A stretch of 46,461 nt of DNA. It comes from Blastocystis sp. subtype 4 (Eukaryota). Positions within the stretch are counted from its first letter, which is position 1. Each line of letters begins with the position of its first letter. The notes beneath the pieces are model-generated. The model ran no database searches, was not told where the DNA came from, and was given only the letters and a program-made list of their open reading frames with translations. Shown here one piece after another: positions 22,701-34,413 of this stretch. The stretch lies in the NCBI RefSeq assembly GCF_000743755.1, contig NW_014569500.1, positions 1 through 46,461 on the forward strand, in the 5' to 3' direction. A program made the position numbers and the translations under genes.

Positions 22701-25700
22701 ATCTCCCCATGCAATTGGTTGTGTCTTTGCTGTCAATGGGATCGATTCATACACTCGAATCCGAGGAGAAACACGATGTAAGGAGATCCAACACGTGCTT
22801 CGCTTCATTCTCAAGTCTACATCAGCAATACCTGCCCAAACAGCGTCATTTTGATGATCTTCCACCTTCTTCTTGTCCTGTTCCGCTAACAGAGCATTAA
22901 TACCATCATCATTCTTCACTGCAAAGGTCATAGGAAGACCTGTACTATTGCGAACACCAATATAGTAACCATCTCCCAATTTCTGTGTCGTCTCGCGACA
23001 ATCAGTGAAGGCATTGACTGTCTGTAAGGCCACTCGAATAAATGCATTCGTGACATTCACATTCAACATAGTAGGTGCTTGGATTGTAACTCGTGTTAGA
23101 GCCAATTTGGCAGTCAACTTGCTATCTTGTGTAGCTGTTAGCTTTTGAACCACACGATCACGTGGCTCTTGTTCTGCCGACATTATTAACGACCACTTCT
23201 CTAGAACAGGCTCCCACACGGTCAAGTCAACATTGTAGTAGTCAGCAGCTACAGCTAACGTAGCTTCGATAGTAGTAAGATCCGGCTTCATATCTAAGGC
23301 AGCAGAGATATCTGTTACATTCAATTGGATTACTGGTAGATCAAATTCCTTCGTATCATTGACAACAGTCACGCTGAGAGCATTCATACAAACTCGGAAG
23401 ATCACTGTGAGAGTAGGAGCATTTACTTTCTTTTCTTTCACTTCTTCTTCCTTCTTCTCTTCTGGCTTTGATTCCTTCTTCACCATTTCTTCAGGAATCA
23501 AGTTGTTGATAGCGTTCATAATCAACTTCACATCCAGAATACCCACTCGAATCTCGATATCATTATTTGTCAGAACAGCTGCCTGGACATACTGCATCTG
23601 ATCCTTGATATGAGCATTCACACTCATATCGAAAGGAACTAAAGCGTCTGTCATGCTGGGAAGAGGGATCTCTGCATCGCATGGATGAGATCGACAACCA
23701 CGGATATTCTGAATACTAAGCGCCATATCCATATCCATAAGAGGTGACATGGCAAAGGAAGCAGAAACAGAAAGAGATAGGACTAGAGACGATGAATGTG
23801 GATCTGATGTGTCTTCTACAATGAATATGTATGGATTATCCATCTTCACATCGGCTTGAATCTTGGGACCAAACTTCTTCTTCTTTTCCTCCTTCACAAC
23901 TTCCATCTCATCCTTCTTGGAGGTTTGCATTGATTTGTGGGGCTCCTCCTTCAAGAGACGATCACTAATACCTTCAACTATTTTCAAAATATCAAATAAC
24001 CACGGGGTAGGAATAACCCGCAACGTCCCCACATACACAGATGCTTGGATTGCTTGAATGGACTGCGTATTGGATGGATTCAACTCCACTAACTCAGGAT
24101 ACGAATGAATATCAGAAGATTTCATCGAGATCAAAGCAGAAATGGCTGGTTTTGTCCCAGAACCAAAGGCAAGAGGAGTTCGATAGTCTTTGTGAATCGA
24201 AGTATTCGCTCGAGTATCATGAATTGTCAGATGCGACAATGAAACTCCAGCAGTAAGATCATCATTCCACATATTCACAAAGACTTGTAATACTCCCAAA
24301 TCAATTGATGAAATTGATTCCTATTCCTAATATCCAACTTTCATTCCTACCTTCAGTGATCCTACTTTCTCATAGAGCAGTTGACCTGTATGCTCAGCTG
24401 GATATCCTCCATAACCACTTAGCAGTTCAACACTGATTCCATCAAACACCAATTCACCTCGAATTCGTTTTCCAAAGTCGTTTGTTGAGGACTCTTGCTT
24501 CACTGACTGGAAAGTCGATCCTTCTTCATCCTCTTCCTCGATCCGTTCCAGTGGTGCACCTGCATAGATCGGAGATACTGTTTCTGCATTCGCATTCTTC
24601 TCAGGTAATTCATCTAAACACTCCACAGCTTTCTCAGCAAGGTTTCCTTTCACACACTTCATCAGGAAGGTTAGCTGTTCCTCATTCACCGTCAGAGCCA
24701 CCTTCGTCACACGAGCATTCACTTCAATCACTGATGCAACTACTGCCACCACACTCATATCAATTCCTCCCATAAGAGCTGATTCTCGTACAGTTCCCTC
24801 TTCAGTAATGGACGTAATGGCTCTCATATTGCTGAGTTGGACACGAACAGTATTCAGCGTTTCCTTCTTACTGGATTCCTTCACGATCAATGTATCGCCT
24901 TTCTGCTCGCAGAGAGGCGCTTGGTTCTTCACAGTAAGTTCACCCAGCTCAAATGTCGCCATTTCCTTGGTATCACTCGATGCAGGTGCTGATACACGGA
25001 AGTTCTTGATCACCACATCAATCAGAGGCAGTTCTAATGGAAGCTTCTTCTCTACTTCTTTAGATTCCATGTTTAGGAAACTCTTTCCAATCATCATGGC
25101 AGACATTCGAATCGAACGAGCAAGAGAAGAACGATTTGATACAGTAGACGCACTCGAGTTTGTAGAAACACTTATCTCATCTCCTTCCTCAATCGTATCC
25201 AGAGGAACAGAAAAAGGCAGAGTCTCTACAGCAGGTTCCTCTGTCTTCAGTAATGCCAGTCCATCAGCAATCGGTCCTGCCATAACATATCGCATCAACT
25301 CATCAATCACACGCATACGCAGTGTAACGGCTGGAGCTCGAAGAATTGCTCGTACAGCCATAGGATATCCTGGATATTGAGGATATCGCACATCTGTGTT
25401 CAACGACAGATCAAAATCAACAAACTTCTCATCCTTCTTCTTGTCCAGGATCTGAAGGAAGAATGGATAGAGACCACAGCCTCGACTCACATCACGTACA
25501 CACACATCTGTGAGAGATCCAGTGACTTTAATGGTTGCAGGACATATACCTACTCCTGCAGTGATTCCTGTGATTCCAGCAAACACAATTCCATGACCCG
25601 AATCTGCAGTCACCAGTACGGCAAGGGACCGAAGCGATAATGAGACTTGAACCTGTTTTCGAAGCCAATTTTTGGGAATAGGTCTTGTTTTCTCAGCAAT

Positions 25701-28700
25701 TTTACTAGCCTTGTTTTGCAAGAGATCTGAAGCACGTGACTGAAGAGATACAGCTTCATTTTCGATCACTTGGGAGAGATATGAGGAGATAGAAGAAGTT
25801 GAACCTCGTCGTTCACGTTTATGAGGTTTCTCCAGTTCTCCCTTTTTCTCTGGAGCAATGAATGCTAACAAATGATAAATAGTCGGTCTGTATGTCAAAA
25901 CTAATTGAAATCTTCATCCTTATTCTTACGACTAAGAGATCCAAAAGCAACATCCACCGTCACATCACTATCAACTTGCCAATAGTCAGGTGATGATTCC
26001 TGAACAATACCTACATGAACATGGAACAGATCTTGGTTTAGACTCTCACAAATATTACCTGAGTATTCGATCATTCGAGATACAACCAAATACTTATCTT
26101 GCTTAGTAGATGCAGTTTGCAGACAATCCTTCACATCGATTGCTTCTAATGCGACGTCTACATTCATATCGAAGGTACGTTGTTGGACTTCGACTTGAAG
26201 GCCCCGAATGGATGCTTCGATAATGGCCGTGTGCTCATTAGCAGCCGATACTTCTTCAATAAGTACAGAAACACCCTTAAGAACAGCTTGCACTTCAAGA
26301 GTCTTATTCCGTTGAAGAAGACGAATTTCCTCTTCATCCAGTTCCGACTGAACCTGTAATTGTTCATTCTCTTCTATTTGATCTTGCTTTTCATTCTCCT
26401 TGTTCTGATTACTCTCTTCCTTCTCTGATCCATCCTCCTTTCGTATAGCCAAAGCATTGGATGCAGCTTCCTTGGCTTGAGCAGTCAATACAGAGAAATC
26501 CACATCACTGTTATCAATAATACTCTTTGTATTGGATACAAACTCATTTGCATAATGCATCAATCGAAGATACTTCGTTCGTGTTAGATTCATAGTCACC
26601 ACATCCAATGCAGCACCTACTTTGGTTGAAGCAAATTCAGGTTCTGAAGGAGCAATTGATAGTCCAACTGTTGCATTGAAATTGAAATCATTCACCAAAT
26701 ACAGATTCTCTGCTATCTGGACTTCAGGACGTGCCCAATGCTTCTCCTTATTGGTCATCAATACGTTGATGCGAGACACATTCACTAACATGTCATTATA
26801 AATGTTATCTTCTGTCAATTTCTCATCCACACCAACACGTCGTGGGTTGCTGATCACAGAAATATCTCCCAAACGACATACCAGCATTTCGGTCTCTCTT
26901 ACTCCCTTAGTAATGTCCTCAGGAAGCAATACATGAACAGCACCAAGGTACACATCCAATCCAAGCAGTTTATGTGTTGATACTTCTTTCGCCACCTTCA
27001 GTTTCATCTTCTTGGTTGTTGAATATTTGCTGTAAATGTCACTTACATTTGCACTGAATGCATAGAAATTCAATTTTGATAATTCAGGGACAAAGAATGC
27101 TGCAAGATCCATAAGACATGCGATATTCCCCACAATACAAAGAGGCAGACTCACAGCTCGTATATTCACATCCACATCCTGATCTGTTGCAGGCATTTCT
27201 ATAGCCACTTGTAGGAATGGCACTTCTGTAGTCTCCATCATATCTCCAGGCAAGAATATTACGGCCTTGTCCTTGTTAGTAATGGCTTCCTTTTCAGTGT
27301 AGAGAATTCGAGGCCATTTCTGGCATTGTTTGGAACTGTCTTCAATGTAGAAATCACCCATTGCCATCCACAACTGGAAATACGACTTCCGTTGAATGAC
27401 ACGACATGCCACCTCCTTAGATACACAACACAGAATATCCACCGAATCCTTACAGAGCTTCAGACCAATAGTATGTATACGGAAATCTGCTTTCACAAGG
27501 ATATCCATTGGCCGACCACCTTCCCAAGGAGCTGTTTCACCAGGAGTGATATCGAATTCAGCAAAGAGTTCATTTCTCTTGTCTTCGTTCCATTCCAGAT
27601 CAATCTCTTCACTATCTTCATCATCTTCTTCCTCTCTCTTCTTCTTCTTAAACAGACGATTCAACACAGATTTCTCTTTCTTTTCTTTCTTCCTTTGAGC
27701 ACGTAATTCTGCTTGTAATCTCTCTTCCTCCTCCATTTCACATACAGCCACTTTTCGGAAGAGCAATACATTCTCAATACTCAACTTATCCTCTAGTTTT
27801 TGCAAACGAGCCAATCCATCTGCATCCTTCTTCAACGAAGGACTTGCTCCTAATTTACGCTTATACAAATCTATGTATTCTGCTCGTCGTTTCTTGAAAC
27901 GCATATATTCCTTCCAGCCTGTATTACGTCGACGTTTCTTATTATCCTTCTTCACACTCCGGATAGCAAATTTCCACCAAGCACGAGGGTAGAATTAAGG
28001 GACTATTTTTTGACATTCTAAAACAAGGATATATTCTGAAGAGGATCTTCAGAAGGACGATATTGCTTGTATTTGGCTTTCAGTGCCTGAGTTCCAAGAC
28101 TACTTACGAAGTGCAGAATATCTCGATACTGTTTCTGATCCAGACGCAACACGAATTTGTCCAAATCACCATCCACTACAACCATTGGCTGGGCCTGATT
28201 AGTGCGATCCCAACAAATCATACAGAATTGCTTTGCTTGACTCATATTCTGAGGAGTACATTGATCATCATACTTATTCATCAAATATGCCTCCATCAAT
28301 TCCCATTCCTCATTTCCAGATCGACCTCGTACTCCGTCCTTTCGGATTTGACGATAAGCATTTGTGATTCGTTTGAACTGATCAATCTTCTCAGACCATC
28401 CAAATTCTGTTGTCACTTCTGTGATGACTTCTTCTACAGACCGTTTGCGCAATTCCACAGAACGAGTATCGATAGTTGCATGGAGTTGCAGCGAAATAGG
28501 CTCAAGAATGAAGTGACATGGAATGAGCTCTGTATGCACCATGGAGACTTCTCCTGGATGCTGGAACGGGACAACCATACATTCTTGTAATAAAGATGCA
28601 GAATTGGTAGCAACACAGGCACCTTGATCGAAGTCCCAGTAAATACCAAAACGATGCAATTTCACTTTCTTCTTGATTACGCCTGGGATAAGGAATCCAG

Positions 28701-29391
28701 TATCCTCATTGTCCTCAGATGGTGAATATAATCGGAGTTTTTCCAGAATGATTCCTGCGGCAAAAGCATGACCAGGACACGACCTAGACTTTAAAAAACA
28801 TTCTAACGAGTACGAATGATCCTCAAACCGGATATGAACATGACTAATCCTTAGTTGAAAGTTGTCAATGATCCTTGCTACAAGTTTAGCAACAGCCGAA
28901 TTATCCTGTTTTGCATTCATCTCTTTCTGCATCCTCAACTCATTTTCATCTATCGCCTATACTTATAGACTTCCAAAACCCTCACTGCTAATTGTTCTCG
29001 TTTCCTTTCCATCTCTTTTTCCTTTTCCGCTTTTTCGTCATATGTAAGTTCGGATTTAGGGCATGCAATCACATAAATATCGTCAATATACACTTTGGTC
29101 GGTTGAGAACCAAGTTTCTTCCACGGTATCTATATATCTATGAACAAATGGAGAGATTACTTTTAATGTGAGGGTTCCAACAAAACCCTCTTTCACTTGG
29201 ATTGGGAGATTCAAAAAGTCAAGAGCTTCTGTCTTTACTCTCTATAAATAAAATGAAGATTCAAGTATAACGAGATTCTGCAATTCAACATCACCTTTCC
29301 ACAGAGAAATCTTCAGATCCTTCTTTGAAAGTCCTTCCAAATAGTCACCAAGATAGGTAGAAAGTAAAGAACTAACAACATCCTCGAACAT
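16761..29391 (-). CDS. VPS13: VPS13 family bridge-like lipid transfer protein with extra PH-, C2-, PDZ- and PX-like domains
   Basis: Chorein-N start MFEDVVSSLLSTYLGDYLEGLSKKDLKISLWKGDVELQNL...IPWKKL; NPRAWWKFA; DYYN...WEPVLEKW; VAB-type repeats (LENLLP, IVMNQT); QIDNQ; GSFNFLGNPVGL; ATG_C-like Gly-rich helices; RSRPPR. More than 10 short introns; stop apparently completed by poly(A). Confidence 0.96.
27989..28032 (-). other. U12-type AT-AC intron (44 nt) in VPS13
   Basis: Donor ATATCCTT, branch TCCCTTAAT, terminal AC. Removal gives in-frame PLQN|PRAWWKFAI. Confidence 0.88.
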
Positions 29392-29479
29392 TTCAAGGTT
29401 CCTATGATTTCAGTTGCATTGTAATTAAGAGTGAATCCCCGCGACTTTCGTCTTGTCAAACCATTATAACAAACATGTC

Positions 29480-31479
29480 CAAACTAAGTCCGAATACTTG
29501 GTGATATCTTCCACCTTCTTGTCATCACGGATCCGGAGGAATCGGGGGAAACGCAAACTAACTCCTCGATCTCCCTTATCTAGTGCATATAGTTTTGAAT
29601 TCGATATTTGGGCACATTGTACTTCAATAACAAGGGACGGTTGAAAGTAAACATCCATCTTCAATGATTTTGGAAGGAGGATATTGGCTATACATCACTT
29701 AACTCACTGGAAACAACAATGCAACAATGATTCTCGAGAGACTTCCCATTCTTTCAATCTCTCAGAAAGGGAACTGAGCTGTGTTACACTGAATCCACTA
29801 CCTACACAGCATACAGGACGTATCTATGAATAATCCTCCCACAAGACATCTACCGAATCTTCAGCCATGACACCACAGAGGAAGGAACCAAATACACCAC
29901 TACGAGTGCCTCTTCCATATTTCGCTCCTAGAATCACTACATCCATACTATCACCAAAACCCTGAATGGGTGTTTCTGAAGCGATATAATCCGCTTTCAG
30001 CTTCATCCATTCCTCTAGTGGTCACATTTCTCTTTCACAACTACGATTTCTTGATCCGAACGAATAGCGACTATCTAATTTCTTTACTACCAATCCTTCA
30101 CATCCAGCTGCTACACTCTGTTGAATCAGAGGAAGAAGGTTTGTATCCGGTGTGACTCCAATCTCATTCAGGATCTGAACTCCAATCTCGGGTTTATTCG
30201 GGAAAATGGAATGAAGCACTTTCTTACGCTGATGGAGTGGTTTGTCATATAGGAGATCGTTGTCACAAAGAATTAAATCAAACATACATAACTGTATTTG
30301 ATCTCTACTCTTCATTCCTCTTTTTCTATCTTACGGTTCCTGTAACTTCTTTTCATTCTTCCCTAGCAACACACTTACATCATGAAATGCCTTTACCTTC
30401 TGCGTTGTTCGATTTACCACAACCAACTCCCCGTCAAGAATGAACTCCTGTGGAAGCGATACAGACTGAGCATATTGCTGCATTATTCTCTCCACAGCAG
30501 GCTGAAGTGAAGGAAGTGTCTATGATCAAACTGGATCCTCAATCCTACTTCTCCAGACCGACCAAAGACGGTGAAGCAATTGTTATGGCGATGAATCTGA
30601 ACACGGACACCATCATACTTCCATTCAATCGCACAAGGAAAGGATGAAAGAATCGATGAGGCTTCTTCAAGAGAGGAAAGAGGAGAACATAAAGCACAAC
30701 TACAGAACTGTCCCGGAACAACTGGATAAGAAGAGGTTGGATTTTGAAGGAAATCGATGAACGCATCAAATTGAGGACGATGATGAAAAAGACCTTGATA
30801 ATCAACAGAAGATGAATCAAGTCCAAAATGATGAATCAGTGCTCGTTTGATTAGTTGGGTTCCAAACCCTAAACCACGATTCCGAAGCATGAGGAGAGCT
30901 CATAATAATCGCATCAGAAAACAACTACTAGAAAAATAAACTTCATCAGGAGATGATAATTGGTTCCAAAGTGTAGCGACATGATGGTAAACTCGTTCTC
31001 GGCTTCCTTTTCCTTGTTCTTCCGATATTTCAAGGAGTTTCGTTCGAAAATCAGATACAGAGAGAGGGACGAGATTCGATTGAGATGGTCTTTGCGAAAA
31101 CAAATTTCGGTTGGCTTCTGGAATTCCATTTGAATCAATACACATCTGAGAGATGGTGGAGTTATCCAATTGATAGTAGTTACTCATGAACTGCTTCATA
31201 GTTTTATCCGATAGATTGAGATTCACAACTTCACCTTGTTTGTTATGGATCTATATGAGAGTACCTCCAAGAAAGTACAATTCCCGAAAGTACTTCCACC
31301 GTAGGTTTTAAAGAATCATTTCCAGATTCCTCAAATACAGAATTCAGGATCTCAACTCTTTTCTTGAGTTCTGACAATTGCATGGTTGTCGCTATTGCGG
31401 AGCAGAGTTGACTAAATCGATATGGCTTTGTTACATTAGATAGTAGTCTTTTACAAGGGGCAGAGATGCAAACAAACAT
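29480..31479 (-). CDS. ATP-dependent DNA ligase (ligase I-like, divergent, possibly organelle-targeted)
   Basis: Motif I EWKYDGVRVQIH, FDLI, motif IV EGLVVK, motif V WMKLKADY, DVVILGAKYGRGTR and motif VI SLRFPRFLRIRDDK; several short introns. Genomic ORF runs to 29464; predicted poly(A)-made stop at 29481-29480. Confidence 0.9.
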
Positions 31480-31482
31480 AAA

Positions 31483-32584
31483 TATACTTCTGAATCCAAT
31501 TTCTCCTTGCCCAAAAGAGTTTTCTGTTCGTCCTTGGTAGAGCCAGAATTAGTGGCTTTGATGTTCTCTATGTATTATTCCCACTCTCCACTTCTACCAT
31601 AAGTATACCACATAGAACCAAGAATGCAAATAACGCTTCCGAGAATTCCCATGAAAGTCATCTTATTTCCAAACATGAACACAGAAAGAATAATCATCAC
31701 AACTTGCTTCACATTTCCCACTACATTCATCATCAGTGGACCTCCCTCCTTCACAGCATTGAAATTAGCCACATTCAGTGCGAAAGCAAGCATTCCGTGC
31801 ACGAGAAGGAGCAAAATTGACGAAACAGGAGCACTAAATGACATAACGACAACGACAAATACCTAGGCAACCATGTAGACCAGAAACCTCTGTCATTGAA
31901 GAGAGAAAGGGTCAATGCCTCAGGGAATGCTAACATCGTGTTCTACGTATCAACGAATGAGAGAGAACAAACGATGTTCAGAAGGTGGAACGTACTCAGA
32001 GGTTCTTTTCCTGAGAGAAGATACTTCGTTATGATTCCTTTGAGAGAAGAAACGGTGCAACTGATGACTAACAAGGCAATTCCAAAGAAAGTGCCATAAA
32101 CATCGCCGGCACAAACCAGCATTGTACCAATAATAACAGGAATAAGAGATAAATAAATACCGAGAGGATGAACTGTACCATGAATAATGAATTCCAAAAT
32201 ACAAGTGAAAACTGGCATGGCACAGCGGAACATCTACAAACAAATGATTCGAATCAAATAAAACCTGATCTAACGCTAAAGAGTTGTATTTCAACGATGA
32301 ATTCGACAGAATGATATTTACAATGAAAATCAGACTGACCAAAAATAGATTTATCATTTCGGATCTCTTAACTGGCCGATACTTGAAGAACTTCGGGGCC
32401 GTGTATTTCATTATCGTTGTATATACGGCACACGAGAGCATATGAACCTACACTCAATGACCAAGTAATCACTTACCATAGTCACAGAGATCGGGTAAGG
32501 ACATTTCAGAGAAGTGAAGAATTTCTTGTTAAGTGTCGTCACACAAATAACAATTGTAAACCAGATAGGGACCCAGATAATCAT
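31483..32584 (-). CDS. Triose-phosphate/nucleotide-sugar transporter family (TPT/SLC35E-like)
   Basis: TTLNK...CPYPISVTMVHM, NIILSNSSLKY...DQMFRCAMPVFT, LSLIPVIIG, AFALNVANF and VVGNVKQV; about 10 TM segments. No nearby genomic stop: TA at 31484-31483 would be completed by poly(A). Start position uncertain. Confidence 0.88.
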
Positions 32585-32695
32585 GATCTTTTGTTTGTGT
32601 TAAACTACAGCAATAATACACACACCGCGGGAGTCAACCGAATGGAGTCACGGGAATACAATTAGTATATCTAAATTCAGTCTAAAACAAACAGT

Positions 32696-33635
32696 TCACT
32701 TCTTTTCAACAGTGGGTTTCTTAGGCATCGTCTTCTTGCTGCGAGAGCGGACAACAACAATGGCGACGACAACAATAACAACCACGACGACGGCAGCCAC
32801 ACACAGACCAATGATCAGAGGAAGATTGTTCTTCTCCTCTTGGCAACAACCGAAATCCTGGGTACGAGCGTACTCAATACCTTCGTCAACCATTCCTCCG
32901 TTCAAAGCAGTGTCAAGCAATCCAAAGATACCCAGACGAGGAATCACGTCAGGGGTAAAGTTGATGAGAACGTCGCTGTTGAAGCGCAAATGAAGTAATC
33001 GAGTCTTATTGAAATGCCTGTTGTAGTTTATCATAATTCCATTCAGGCCAACATCCACACACACAAGTTCACTACGAGGTCACACTTCATTCTGAACCTT
33101 ACGTTACACTCATGACCTGGTTCTTCACATTCACACCTTTCTCACAACGAAGAGTGTTAGCAATGTCATCTGAAAGAATCTTGATAAAAAGATTGTTTCC
33201 AGTAACCTCCCAATCTTCCCAGTTGTTAGTGATACTTTTCACAAACCAGGTGTAGCTCAGCTGGAGTAACACGTTTGTACTGTTACAATAACGGTTAGTA
33301 TAATATGTAGCATTGAATTGAAGAAATGAAGGTACACTCTCTTCGTATCCGGAGAATGTCCATACGAACTTCTTTGCTAGAATGAAGACAACTATTAAAT
33401 CGTACAAACTAATATATTGTCGATACACTGACTTTCATACACACCACAATCTACAGATGATTGTCAAAATCCACTTCATACGTGGATAATTGTCAACAGT
33501 TCCGTCACTATTAACCACAGGCGTTGGTGGAACAAAGGATCCGAAACTGGGATTCATCCCTCCAACAGCTTCGGAAGGAGTAAGAGCATTCACAATTGCA
33601 CACACTAAGCACAGGACCACAGCTAATTTACACAT
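32696..33635 (-). CDS. Type I membrane/surface protein of unknown function
   Basis: Signal peptide MCKLAVVLCLVCAIVNA; three ~30 nt introns give an intact frame; Val-rich TM (LIIGLCVAAVVVVVIVVVAIVVV) and basic tail. Confidence 0.8.
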
Positions 33636-34262
33636 TATAGATTCTGAAAATAACTATGAATAAATACTTTCACTGGAACAAACTGTACAGAGAATTAGGG
33701 CCCCTCAATGTAATAGGGTCACCTAATATATATGGTACTGTATTCATACAATAACTATTCAAGAATTGGATCTGCATCTTTAAGAACGTTTATTACCTTA
33801 CGTATCATGTACGGAGAAAAAACCAAGAATGACGAGCCAGTTAAAATAGTTGCCTTATAGCGTCTCCGTTCCCTTAAAGAACTTTTAGATGATCTACGAA
33901 GTCTTAATTCCAATGAAACGCCCCTTATTCTTCTCACATTGATCTTATACTCATAACAAATTAGAGTAATTTTGCTCAATTGTTGAATATATTGATGGTA
34001 GCATTTTACTGCATGATTGGGACCATTAATGTGCATGTTCCACTATTAACGAAATATCCCAGAGTTGAATGCATTACCACTTTCTTTATACAGGAGCAAG
34101 GAAATAAAAGTGATGAATAGTATCATCTAGTATTTCACATAAGACTGCAATCATGGTAGCATAACTATCAGCAAGATTTTGTGAATCAATTATACTGTTC
34201 CAAGACAGAATAAGATCGATTATCTAGGATTACATATAGTTAGATAAGAAACCAAAAGCAAT

Positions 34263-34334
34263 GGTCCCATGGTGTAGTGGTTAGCACTCAGGACTTTGAA
34301 TTCTGCGACCCGGGTTCAAACCCCGGTGGGACCT
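34263..34334 (+). tRNA. tRNA-Gln (anticodon TTG)
   Basis: Acceptor stem GGTCCCA/TGGGACC, D arm TGGTGTAGTGGTTAGCAC, anticodon arm CAGGA-CTTTGAA-TTCTG, T arm CCGGGTTCAAACCCCGG; followed by an oligo-T Pol III terminator. Confidence 0.96.
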
Positions 34335-34413
34335 TTTTTTCACTTTTCAGTTCGTGTAATCTCGACTGTTTAGTTTCTTCCTGTTGTTTTATTTTAATTG
34401 GGTCACATTTTAG

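Noticed and set aside
33640..34260. 620-bp AT-rich gap with a 93-aa minus ORF and a lone GTGATGA box-C-like motif
   Set aside because: No recognisable protein motif, no convincing intron chain and no suitably placed box D; left unannotated.
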